NCBI GenBank assembly: GCA_044868695.1
Contig: JBIOWP010000153.1
Location: 1 to 37,827, forward strand
Origin: a bacterium
Lineage (GTDB): Bacteria; Sysuimicrobiota; Sysuimicrobiia; Sysuimicrobiales; Kaftiobacteriaceae
Length of the DNA: 37,827 nt
Reading direction: 5' to 3'
A program made the translations under genes and the position numbers. Shown here one piece after another: positions 1 to 7,695 of the stretch (positions are counted from its first letter, which is position 1; each line of letters opens with the position of its first letter). Under the pieces are notes generated by a model. That model had not been told where the DNA came from. It was given only the letters and a program-made list of their open reading frames with translations, and made no database searches.

Positions 1-1065
1 GGGCTGGCTACCCCGACGGCGATCATGGTCGGGACCGGCCGCGGCGCCGAGTCGGGGGTGCTGATCAAGAGTGGTGAGGCGCTCGAGATCGTGCACCGCG
101 TGGATACGATCGTCCTCGACAAGACCGGCACGCTGACGGCGGGACGGCCGTCGGTGACAGACATCGCGCCGCTGAATGGGTTCAGTCAGACCGACCTGCT
201 GCGTCTGGCCGCTTCGGCGGAGTGGGGGTCCGAGCACCCGCTTGGTGAAGCCATGGTGCGCCGGGCAGCGGAGCAGGGGGCGCAGCTGACGCGACCCGAC
301 CGATTCGCCGCGGTGCCGGGCCACGGCGTCGAGGCGGCGGTCGGCGGGCACGAAGTCCTGGTGGGGAACATCCGCCTGCTGGCGGCGCGTCAGGTCTCAC
401 TGGACGGGGCTGAGACGGTCGGCCTGCGGCTGGCGCGCGAGGGCAGAACGCCGATGTATGTCGCGGTCGACGGAACGGTTGCAGGGGTCATCGCCGTGGC
501 GGACACCCTGAAGGAGCACTCGCGGGACGTGGTGCAGGCGCTGCGCCATATGGGGCTGGACGTCGTGATGCTGACAGGTGACAATCAGGTGACCGCGGAG
601 GCCGTCGCGGCCCAGGTGGGGGTCGATCGCTTCCTGGCCGAGGTCCAGCCGCAGCACAAGGCAGACGAAGTGAAGAAGCTGCAGGCGGCGGGCCGGCGCG
701 TGGCCATGGTCGGCGACGGGATCAACGACGCTCCCGCGCTGGCGCAGGCAGACCTGGGCATCGCGATCGGCGCCGGAACCGACGTGGCGATTGAGTCGGC
801 CGACATCGTGCTGATTGGCGAGGACCTCCGCGGGATCCTAACCGCCATAACCCTCTCCAGACAGACGATGCGGGCGATCAGGCAGAATCTGTTTTGGGCG
901 TTCTTCTACAACGTGACGCTCATTCCGCTGGCGGCCGGCGCCCTGTTTCCGTTCTTCGGAATCCTCTTGAACCCGATGCTGGCGGCGCTGGCCATGGCAT
1001 CTAGTTCCGTGACGGTGGTGACGAACAGTTTGCGTTTGAGATGGTTCAGGTCCGTTACGGCCTGA
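1..1065 (+). CDS. copA: Heavy-metal (Cu+) P1B-type ATPase, C-terminal part (5' truncated by window)
   Basis: Frame open from base 1 ([10 protein letters not shown]). DKTGT phosphorylation motif, [17 protein letters not shown], and YN...MAxSS transmembrane signature of Cu+ ATPases. Confidence 0.93.
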   Translation, partial: GLATPTAIMVGTGRGAESGVLIKSGEALEIVHRVDTIVLDKTGTLTAGRPSVTDIAPLNGFSQTDLLRLAASAEWGSEHPLGEAMVRRAAEQGAQLTRPDRFAAVPGHGVEAAVGGHEVLVGNIRLLAARQVSLDGAETVGLRLAREGRTPMYVAVDGTVAGVIAVADTLKEHSRDVVQALRHMGLDVVMLTGDNQVTAEAVAAQVGVDRFLAEVQPQHKADEVKKLQAAGRRVAMVGDGINDAPALAQADLGIAIGAGTDVAIESADIVLIGEDLRGILTAITLSRQTMRAIRQNLFWAFFYNVTLIPLAAGALFPFFGILLNPMLAALAMASSSVTVVTNSLRLRWFRSVTA

Positions 1066-1096
1066 ACTCCACACATCCTGGAGGAGGGTAGCAAAG

Positions 1097-1300
1097 ATGC
1101 AGACGACGCTGAAGGTGCCCCGCATCCACTGCAATGGATGCGTCAACAATGTGACCAACGCGGTGCGGAAGCTTCCCGGGATCACTACCGTGGAGGCGAG
1201 CGAGTCCACCAAGGAGGTCACGGTCGAGTTCGATCCCGCACGGGTCAGCGAGGAGAAGATCCGGGCGGCGCTCACCCTGGTCGGGTATCCGCCCGCTTAA
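1097..1300 (+). CDS. copZ: Heavy-metal-associated (HMA) domain metallochaperone, CopZ-like
   Basis: 67 aa with IHCNGC CxxC motif and HMA pattern ending VGY. GGAGGAGG RBS, directly after the ATPase. Confidence 0.85.
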   Translation: MQTTLKVPRIHCNGCVNNVTNAVRKLPGITTVEASESTKEVTVEFDPARVSEEKIRAALTLVGYPPA

Positions 1301-1305
1301 TCACG

Positions 1306-1551
1306 ACTGCGGGAGCAGGGATTAGGGAGCAGGGAGTAGATATGACTCCATGACTCGGCGGGACAGGCCGCACCCAGATCCGCATGCGGCCGAGCGAGAC
1401 CGGAAACGGCGCAAGGCTCGGTACGGGATGCGGGTGAGCGGTGAGTCAACGCGCCTTCTCGCTCGCCTATCCCGCACCCGGAAACCTGCCCGGCGCAAGC
1501 AGCGCTCGAGGTAGGTGCTGGTCCCTAATCCCTGCTCCCTAATCCCGCAGT
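1306..1551. repeat. Inverted pair of heptamer arrays (GGGAGCA/GGGATTA) flanking a ~185-bp insert
   Basis: Left 1306-1336 ACTGC-GGGAGCA-GGGATTA-GGGAGCA-GGGAG. Right 1522-1551 TCCC-TAATCCC-TGCTCCC-TAATCCC-GCAGT, built from reverse-complement units. Confidence 0.85.
1350..1514 (+). CDS. Putative small, very basic protein (54 aa), not in the supplied ORF track
   Basis: Hand-translated ATG1350-TAG1514: MTRRDRPHPDPHAAERDRKRRKARYGMRVSGESTRLLARLSRTRKPARRKQRSR. Fills the space between the inverted repeats, with GGGAG upstream. Confidence 0.45.
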   Translation: MTRRDRPHPDPHAAERDRKRRKARYGMRVSGESTRLLARLSRTRKPARRKQRSR

Positions 1552-1559
1552 GCTATAAT
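1551..1559 (+). promoter_or_regulatory. Extended -10 promoter for tRNA-Arg
   Basis: TGCTATAAT (TGn + TATAAT) ending 9 nt before the tRNA. Confidence 0.75.
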
Positions 1560-1568
1560 CTCTCCAGC

Positions 1569-1644
1569 GCGCCCGTAGCTCAACGGACAGAGCACCAGCC
1601 TTCGAAGCTGGGGGTTGGGGGTTCGATTCCCTCCGGGCGCGCCA
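1569..1644 (+). tRNA. tRNA-Arg (anticodon UCG)
   Basis: Acceptor GCGCCCG/CGGGCGC, D arm GCTC/GAGC with A20, anticodon arm CCAGC-CTTCGAA-GCTGG, T loop TTCGATT, encoded CCA. Confidence 0.95.
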
Positions 1645-1647
1645 GGG

Positions 1648-2244
1648 TCAGGCCAGCACGATCCTTCCCCCGCTCATGTCTGTCACAATCGCCAGCGACT
1701 CGACCGGCACCTCCAGGGGCATCAACGCCTCACGGCCGCCTTCAAACGACTTCTCACTGACGGCGCCCACTCCGACGACGGCGGCGCCGGCGGCCCGCGC
1801 CAGCCTGGCCAGACCCAGGATGGTTTGGCCGGTCGCGAGGAAATCATCGACGATCAGGATGCGGTCGTCGCGCGACAGGTACTCGGGGGAGACGATCAGC
1901 TCGATCATCTGGCCTCTCGTGTGCGACGGCGCCACGGTCAGCAGCACCTGGTCGGGCATCGTCACCGGCCGGGTGCGCCGCGCGTACACCAGCGGCACGC
2001 GCAGGTGGAGCGCGGTTGTCACCGCGGGCGCGATCCCGGAGATCTCGGCCGTCAGGACTTTCGTGGCGCGGAGCGGCCGGAACCGTGCGGCCAGCTCCCG
2101 CCCGCACTCGTCGATGAGCATGGGGTCGACCTGATGGTTCAGGAAACTGTCGACCTTGAGGATCCCGTGACCCAGGTTGCGGCCCTCCTGGAGGATGCGA
2201 TCGCGCAGGGAGGTAGTCATCTCAGGGGCACGAGCCGTGTTCAC
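1648..2244 (-). CDS. xpt: Xanthine phosphoribosyltransferase (alternative ATG start at 2220)
   Basis: LKVDSFLNHQVDP, LTAEISGIAPA, PRPP loop ILIVDDFLATG and EKSFEGGR are typical of Xpt. Confidence 0.9.
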   Translation of the reverse strand: MNTARAPEMTTSLRDRILQEGRNLGHGILKVDSFLNHQVDPMLIDECGRELAARFRPLRATKVLTAEISGIAPAVTTALHLRVPLVYARRTRPVTMPDQVLLTVAPSHTRGQMIELIVSPEYLSRDDRILIVDDFLATGQTILGLARLARAAGAAVVGVGAVSEKSFEGGREALMPLEVPVESLAIVTDMSGGRIVLA

Positions 2245-2388
2245 CGCCGTCTACATCGACGCCTTTCTGCCGATAACTGTAGTGGTACTGAATATCATCG
2301 GGCCTTCCCTGCCTGGTGCCAGGAGCCGGACGGCCCGGCACCGTAATCACCCGAACGCGGGAATGGTGGAAGATAGAGGTGGCGTGGT

Positions 2389-3459
2389 GTGGACATCAAT
2401 GAACTGTTGACCCTGGTCAAAGAGAAGCGCGCCTCCGACCTGCACATCAAGGTGGGCAATCACCCAATCCTCCGGATCAACGGGCGGCTGCAGCTGCTCA
2501 CCGACCATCCGACCCTGGATCAGGCGGCGGCGCGCACGCTGATCGAGAGCATGATGAGTGACGCCCAGATCCAGGTGTTCCGCGAGCACCTGGAACTGGA
2601 CTTCGCGTACAGTGTACCCGGGGTGTCCCGGTTCCGTGTCAACGTGTACCAGCAGCGCGGTTCCATGGGCGCGGCCATCCGCGCGATCCCCATGGGCGTC
2701 CCCGCCCTCGAAGACCTGGGTCTCCCCGACGTCGTGCGCAGGCTGGCGGCCCTCCCGCGCGGCCTGGTGCTGGTGACCGGTCCCACGGGGAGCGGCAAAT
2801 CGACCACACTCGCGGCGATCATCAACCACATCAACCAGACCCGGTCCGAGCACATCGTGACTATCGAGGACCCGATCGAGTACCTCCACCGGGACAACAA
2901 GAGCGTCGTCAACCAGCGCGAGGTGGGGATGGACACGCTCTCGTTTGCCAACGCGCTGCGGCACTTCCTGCGCCAGGACCCCGACGTTGTCCTCATTGGA
3001 GAAATGCGCGACCTGGAGACCATCTCGACGGCGATCACGGCCGCGGAAACCGGCCACCTGGTCTTCGCGACCCTGCACACGCAGAGCGCGGCGCAGACAG
3101 TCGACCGCATCATCGATGTCTTCCCTCCACACCAGCAAACTCAGGTGCGCACGCAGCTCTCCGTCGCCCTGGAGGGCGTCTTGTCCCAGACCCTGATCCC
3201 TATGGCCAGCGGCCAGGGGCGGATCGCAGCCATTGAGGTCATGCTGGCCACCGGCGCCATCCGCAATCTCATCCGTGAGGGTAAGACCTTCCAGATTCCG
3301 TCGGCCATCATGTCCGGAGCCAAAGAAGGGATGCAGACGCTGAACCAGGCACTCCGCGTGCTGGTGGAGCACAAGAAAATCACCTACGAGGACGCCGTCA
3401 GCAAGGCCACCAGCGAGCGCGACCTGGCGCAGCTGCTGGGGCGGCAAATCCCTGTCTGA
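2389..3459 (+). CDS. pilT: Type IV pilus retraction ATPase PilT
   Basis: ASDLH, Walker A GPTGSGKST, TIEDPIE, LRQDPDV, AAETGHLVFATLH and the PilT-specific AIRNLIRE motif. Confidence 0.95.
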   Translation: MDINELLTLVKEKRASDLHIKVGNHPILRINGRLQLLTDHPTLDQAAARTLIESMMSDAQIQVFREHLELDFAYSVPGVSRFRVNVYQQRGSMGAAIRAIPMGVPALEDLGLPDVVRRLAALPRGLVLVTGPTGSGKSTTLAAIINHINQTRSEHIVTIEDPIEYLHRDNKSVVNQREVGMDTLSFANALRHFLRQDPDVVLIGEMRDLETISTAITAAETGHLVFATLHTQSAAQTVDRIIDVFPPHQQTQVRTQLSVALEGVLSQTLIPMASGQGRIAAIEVMLATGAIRNLIREGKTFQIPSAIMSGAKEGMQTLNQALRVLVEHKKITYEDAVSKATSERDLAQLLGRQIPV

Positions 3460-3462
3460 CGA

Positions 3463-3966
3463 TTGATGACCATCCACCTGGTCGTCCTCGACTGCGACAG
3501 CACGCTGTGGGAGCACGAGGACGTCTCCACCCTGCGGCCGCCGTTTACCCGCGTCGACGATCGTACCGCCCGCGACGCGCGCGGTGAGGTCGTCCGGCTC
3601 TCCCTGGGGGCCAGGGAACTGCTGGAGGAACTGAAACGGCGGGGAGTGCTGATTTCGATCTGCAGCTGGAACCGTCCCGAGCCGGTCTTCGGGATTCTCG
3701 ACCAGCTCGGCCTCACGGGATACTTCGTCCACCCCAAGGTGGAGTTTCACCCGAACAAGGATGTGATGATCACCACCCTGCTGGACGAGCTCGCCCGGGA
3801 GGGGAAGCCGCTGCGGCCTGAGGAAGTCATGTTCGTCGATGACAACCCCCGGATGCTCGAGAAAGTTCGCCAGAGTGTCGGCCCGGTCCATACCGTTCGC
3901 GCCGGGTCCGACGTCCGCGACCTCCGTGAAGTCCTCAACCTCCTCGACGGTGGAAGCGGGCATTGA
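3463..3966 (+). CDS. HAD-superfamily (IIIC) phosphatase, magnesium-dependent phosphatase-1-like
   Basis: Motif I LDCDSTLW, motif II SICSWN, K in HPNK, motif IV FVDD. Confidence 0.8.
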   Translation: MMTIHLVVLDCDSTLWEHEDVSTLRPPFTRVDDRTARDARGEVVRLSLGARELLEELKRRGVLISICSWNRPEPVFGILDQLGLTGYFVHPKVEFHPNKDVMITTLLDELAREGKPLRPEEVMFVDDNPRMLEKVRQSVGPVHTVRAGSDVRDLREVLNLLDGGSGH

Positions 3967-3974
3967 GGTGTGAA

Positions 3975-4002
3975 TTGCGTCCGCGCGCAGCGTGTGTATA
4001 AT
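3975..4002 (+). promoter_or_regulatory. Sigma70-type promoter for the tRNA-Lys/tRNA-Leu/tig unit
   Basis: TTGCGT (3975-3980), 16-nt spacer, TATAAT (3997-4002). Confidence 0.65.
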
Positions 4003-4017
4003 GTGTAGCGGTACGGT

Positions 4018-4093
4018 GGGCCGTTAGCTCAACTGGTAGAGCAGCGGACTCTTAATCCGCTGGTTCGGGGTTCGAGTCCCCGACGGCCCCCCA
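4018..4093 (+). tRNA. tRNA-Lys (anticodon CUU)
   Basis: GGGCCGT/ACGGCCC acceptor, anticodon arm GCGGA-CTCTTAA-TCCGC, T loop TTCGAGT, encoded CCA, 76 nt. Confidence 0.95.
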
Positions 4094-4104
4094 CACACAG
4101 CAAC

Positions 4105-4243
4105 GTCTACACAGTCTATCGAGTCCGTCGAGTCTATCGGGTCTACTGGGTCTGGAACCTGGTAGACCCTGATACGTTCGAATGGGGGATCGGTCGGTAG
4201 ACCAGGAAGACCCGATGGACCCGATAGACTTGTTAGACTGTAG
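4105..4243. repeat. Inverted arrays of degenerate 9-mers (approx. GTCTATCGG / CCGATAGAC) between two tRNAs
   Basis: Left units start 4105, 4114, 4123, 4132, 4141, 4150. Right reverse-complement units TCGGTAGAC, CAGGAAGAC, CCGATGGAC, CCGATAGAC, TTGTTAGAC at 4194-4238. Confidence 0.85.
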
Positions 4244-4250
4244 TTAGCGT

Positions 4251-4332
4251 GCGGGCGTGGCGGAACTGGTAGACGCGCAGGATTTAGGATCCTGTGGGGT
4301 CACCCGTGGGGGTTCGAGTCCCTCCGCCCGCA
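4251..4332 (+). tRNA. tRNA-Leu (anticodon UAG), CCA not encoded
   Basis: GCGGGCG/CGCCCGC acceptor, CAGGA-TTTAGGA-TCCTG anticodon arm, long variable arm, TTCGAGT T loop. Usual position upstream of tig. Confidence 0.93.
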
Positions 4333-4355
4333 GTGGGTTCTAAGTGGGGTGAGGA

Positions 4356-5612
4356 ATGAAGGTTGACGTTCGCAGGGAAGCGCCCAGCCGTGCCGTCCTG
4401 GCAGTGGAACTGCCGCCGGAGACGGTGACCCAGGGCGTGGATCGGGCGCTGGCGCGGTTGAACCAGCGGGTCGAGGTTCCCGGATTCCGGAGGGGCAAGG
4501 CGCCGAAGACCCTGCTGGAACGGCACGTCGGCAGAGACACCGTGTTCGAAGAGGCGCTCAAGATCCTGGTGCCCGATGCATACACCCAGGCGGTGCGGCA
4601 GTCCGGCGTGAAGCCCATCGCACAGCCTGACATCCACGTGGACCCCCTGGAGGAGGGGAAGCCTCTGCGGTTCGTGGCCACCGTCGACCTCATTCCCGAG
4701 GTGGCGCTCAGCGACTACAAGACGATCCGCATTACCCCCGCCCCGGCGGTGGTCACCGACGCCGATGTCAACGCCGCCATTGAGGATCTGCGCGCCCGGC
4801 ACGGGCATCTGGAAGGTGGGGTCGACCGGCCGGCGGCGCGGGGCGATTATGTGCTGATCAGAGTCGTTGAGGCCACCGGCGCCCCTGACCGGTTCGGCGC
4901 AGGCAAAGAGTATCTGGTGGAGGTCGGCGGGGGCGCCTACCCGGCCGAACTGGAGGAAGCGGTGTCCGGCGCGACGGTCGGGAGCCGCCGCACCGTCACA
5001 CTGGCGGGTGGGGCGGCCGTGACGTATGACGTTCTCGATGTGAAACGCCGGGTATTGCCCGAGGTCACCGACGAGTTCGCCAAGACCGCCGCCGGTGTGG
5101 AGACGGTCGCGGCGCTGCGGGACACCGTCCGCGTGCGCATGGAGGGCGAAGCGAAGGACCGGGCGCGGCAGCAGGATGAACAGGCCGCCGTCGACGCACT
5201 TTTGGCGATGGCACGGATCGACCTCCCCGCAAGCCTGGTCGACCATGAAGTGCTCCACCTCATCAACGACCTGACCGAGTCCCTCGGCCGGCGGGGGCTC
5301 ACCCTCGAACGCTATCTGCAGGCCCAGGAGAAGACAGACGCGCAGCTGCGCGACGAACTGCGACCGCCCGCCGAGCGGCGGCTGCGCACACAGCTTGCGC
5401 TCGATGAAATTGTGCGCGCTGAGGGCCTGGAGCCCGCTCAGGAGGAGATCGATCGCGAGGTAGAGAACGTTGCCCGCGGGTTGCAGCAGGATCTCGCACG
5501 CGTGCGGGAATGGCTCCAGCAGACCGGGCGTTTGGATGCATTACAGGCGGCGCTCCGGCGGCAGAACGCGCTGCGGGCGCTGGTGGCGGCCGCACGAGGT
5601 GAGCACGCATGA
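4356..5612 (+). CDS. tig: Trigger factor
   Basis: Ribosome-binding signature [20 protein letters not shown], and tig-clpP-clpX synteny. Confidence 0.93.
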   Translation: MKVDVRREAPSRAVLAVELPPETVTQGVDRALARLNQRVEVPGFRRGKAPKTLLERHVGRDTVFEEALKILVPDAYTQAVRQSGVKPIAQPDIHVDPLEEGKPLRFVATVDLIPEVALSDYKTIRITPAPAVVTDADVNAAIEDLRARHGHLEGGVDRPAARGDYVLIRVVEATGAPDRFGAGKEYLVEVGGGAYPAELEEAVSGATVGSRRTVTLAGGAAVTYDVLDVKRRVLPEVTDEFAKTAAGVETVAALRDTVRVRMEGEAKDRARQQDEQAAVDALLAMARIDLPASLVDHEVLHLINDLTESLGRRGLTLERYLQAQEKTDAQLRDELRPPAERRLRTQLALDEIVRAEGLEPAQEEIDREVENVARGLQQDLARVREWLQQTGRLDALQAALRRQNALRALVAAARGEHA

Positions 5613-6217
5613 CACTCGTTCCGATGGTGGTCGAACAGAGCGCGCGCGGCGAGCGGGCCTACGACATCTACTCTCGCCTCCTGAAAGACCGCATCGTGTT
5701 CGTCGGCGGGCCCATTGACGACGACGTCGCGAACCTGGTGATCGCCCAGCTGCTGTTTCTGGAAGGGGAGGACCCTGACAAGGACATCAACCTCTACATC
5801 AACAGCCCCGGAGGCGTGCTGCAGGCCGGTCTGGCCATCTACGACACGATGCAGTATGTGCGGCCCGACGTGGCGACGATCTGCGTCGGCCTGGCGGCCA
5901 GCGTGGCGGCGGTCATCCTGGCGGGCGGCGCCAAGGGGAAGCGCCTGGCCCTGCCGTACTCGCAGATCCTGATTCACCAGCCATGGGGTGGAGCCCAGGG
6001 AACAACCGCCGATATAGATATACAGGCGAAGCAGTTCTTGAAGCTGCGGACCCTGGTGAATGAGATCCTGGCGAAGCACACGGGCCAGTCGATCGAGCGG
6101 CTCGAGCGCGACGCCGACCGAGATTTCTGGATGGATGCGCAGACCGCCAAAGAGTACGGACTGGTGGACGACATCATGAAGCCCCGCGAGAAGATCCATG
6201 TTACCCGGGACCGCTAG
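5609..6217 (+). CDS. clpP: ATP-dependent Clp protease proteolytic subunit
   Basis: [19 protein letters not shown], catalytic Ser in GLAAS, His in IHQP, Asp in DRD. Confidence 0.97.
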   Translation: MTLVPMVVEQSARGERAYDIYSRLLKDRIVFVGGPIDDDVANLVIAQLLFLEGEDPDKDINLYINSPGGVLQAGLAIYDTMQYVRPDVATICVGLAASVAAVILAGGAKGKRLALPYSQILIHQPWGGAQGTTADIDIQAKQFLKLRTLVNEILAKHTGQSIERLERDADRDFWMDAQTAKEYGLVDDIMKPREKIHVTRDR

Positions 6218-6220
6218 CGC

Positions 6221-7501
6221 ATGACCCGCGACCGGATGTTCCGGTTTGGGGACGGGGAGAAGCTCAAGTGCTCCTTCTGCGGGAAGTCCCAGGAGCAGGT
6301 CCGCAAGCTCGTGGCCGGACCGGGCGTCTATATCTGCGACGAGTGTATCGAGCTCTGTAACGAAATCATTGAAGAAGAGCTGTACGGGGAGGGCGAGACC
6401 CCTGCGGCCCCCCGCCATACCCCCAAACCCCGGGAGATCTACGATACCCTCTGTCAATATGTCGTCGGGCAGGACCGCGCCAAGAAGGCCCTGGCCGTCG
6501 CCGTCTATAACCACTTCAAGCGGATCGGCTCGCGGCGCACCAGCGACGTAGAGCTCCAGAAGGCCAACATCCTGCTGATCGGGCCTACCGGCTGCGGCAA
6601 GACGCTGCTCGCCCAGACGCTCGCGAAAATCCTGGACGTGCCGTTCGCCATCGCCGACGCCACCTCGCTGACCGAGGCCGGCTACGTCGGCGAAGACGTG
6701 GAGAACATCCTCCTGCGTCTCATCCAGGCCGCCGACTATGACGTGAAGAAGGCAGAGCGGGGCGTCATCTACATCGACGAGACGGACAAGATCGCCCGCA
6801 AGTCCGAGAATCCTTCCATCACGCGGGACGTCTCGGGCGAGGGCGTCCAGCAGGCGCTGCTCAAGATCCTGGAGGGGACCGTGGCCAACGTGCCCCCGCA
6901 GGGCGGGCGCAAACACCCCCACCAGGAGTTCATTCAGATCGACACCACCAACATCTTGTTCGTCTGCGGGGGGGCGTTTGAAGGACTGGACCGGCTGATC
7001 GAGTCCCGGATCCGCCAGACCGCGATCGGGTTCGGCGCGACCATCGAGCCCAGGAGCAAGCGCTCGCTGTCGCAGACACTGTCGCACGTGATGCCCCAGG
7101 ACCTCCTGAAGTACGGGATGATCCCTGAATTTGTGGGACGGCTCCCCATCGTCGTCCCCCTGGATCCCCTGGATGAGTCCGACCTGGTCCGGATCCTGGT
7201 CGAACCGAAGAATGCGCTGGTCCGCCAGTACCAGAAGATCCTGGAGATGGACGGCGTCGAGCTTGTCTTTACGGATGAGGCTCTCCGGGCGATCGCCAAG
7301 GAGGCGATGGGACGCAACACCGGCGCCAGAGGGCTGCGGACAATTATCGAAGACGTGATGCTGGAGATCATGTACGAGATCCCGTCCCGCCCTGATGTCA
7401 AGCGCTGCCTGATCACCCAGGATGCCGCGCTGCGCCGGACGCAGCCGCTGTTGCTGACGGCGGCCGACCTGAAGAAAGTGGCCAAGGAGAAGCCCGCCTA
7501 G
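6221..7501 (+). CDS. clpX: ATP-dependent Clp protease ATP-binding subunit ClpX
   Basis: C4 zinc finger CSFC...[16 protein letters not shown] pore loop, RKHP, IGF loop, GARGLR. Confidence 0.97.
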   Translation: MTRDRMFRFGDGEKLKCSFCGKSQEQVRKLVAGPGVYICDECIELCNEIIEEELYGEGETPAAPRHTPKPREIYDTLCQYVVGQDRAKKALAVAVYNHFKRIGSRRTSDVELQKANILLIGPTGCGKTLLAQTLAKILDVPFAIADATSLTEAGYVGEDVENILLRLIQAADYDVKKAERGVIYIDETDKIARKSENPSITRDVSGEGVQQALLKILEGTVANVPPQGGRKHPHQEFIQIDTTNILFVCGGAFEGLDRLIESRIRQTAIGFGATIEPRSKRSLSQTLSHVMPQDLLKYGMIPEFVGRLPIVVPLDPLDESDLVRILVEPKNALVRQYQKILEMDGVELVFTDEALRAIAKEAMGRNTGARGLRTIIEDVMLEIMYEIPSRPDVKRCLITQDAALRRTQPLLLTAADLKKVAKEKPA

Positions 7502-7528
7502 CGCAGCGGGGGGTGCCGTTGCGGGGCA

Positions 7529-7537
7529 TGATACAAT
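7529..7537 (+). promoter_or_regulatory. Extended -10 promoter in the clpX-lon intergenic region
   Basis: TGATACAAT (TGn + TACAAT). Confidence 0.5.
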
Positions 7538-7589
7538 AGAACAGATCCGGCGCCGGCCCGACTGGCGCGGCCGGTGTGACGCAGGGTGA

Positions 7590-7620
7590 GGGGGGATCGG
7601 AACGTCCCCCCGTTGTGTTT
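7590..7620 (+). terminator. Possible intrinsic terminator upstream of lon
   Basis: GGGGGGA-N8-TCCCCCC hairpin followed by GTTGTGTTT. Confidence 0.5.
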
Positions 7621-7695
7621 GTCATCCCGGGAACAATTTCGCCCGCGCCATCGCTTATATCAAGATAAACCCGCATACGACGGCGAGGAGAGCCC

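Noticed and set aside
1391..1420. Resemblance to a c-di-GMP-I riboswitch stem (GC-GAGA-CCG-GAAA-CGG-CGCAAG-GC)
   Set aside because: Lacks the GCAAA element and the P3 tetraloop-receptor arm, and no regulated gene lies downstream. An Infernal search would be needed.
2347..3963. 538-aa minus-strand ORF
   Set aside because: Antisense shadow of pilT and the phosphatase, expected in high-GC DNA. No motifs.
4105..4243. Repeat arrays as CRISPR
   Set aside because: Units are 9 nt, abutting, without spacers, and there are no cas genes.
1569..4332. tRNAs as integration sites of a genomic island
   Set aside because: No integrase, no duplicated tRNA 3' end noticed, and flanking genes are housekeeping.
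5438..7087. 549-aa minus-strand ORF
   Set aside because: Antisense shadow of clpP/clpX.
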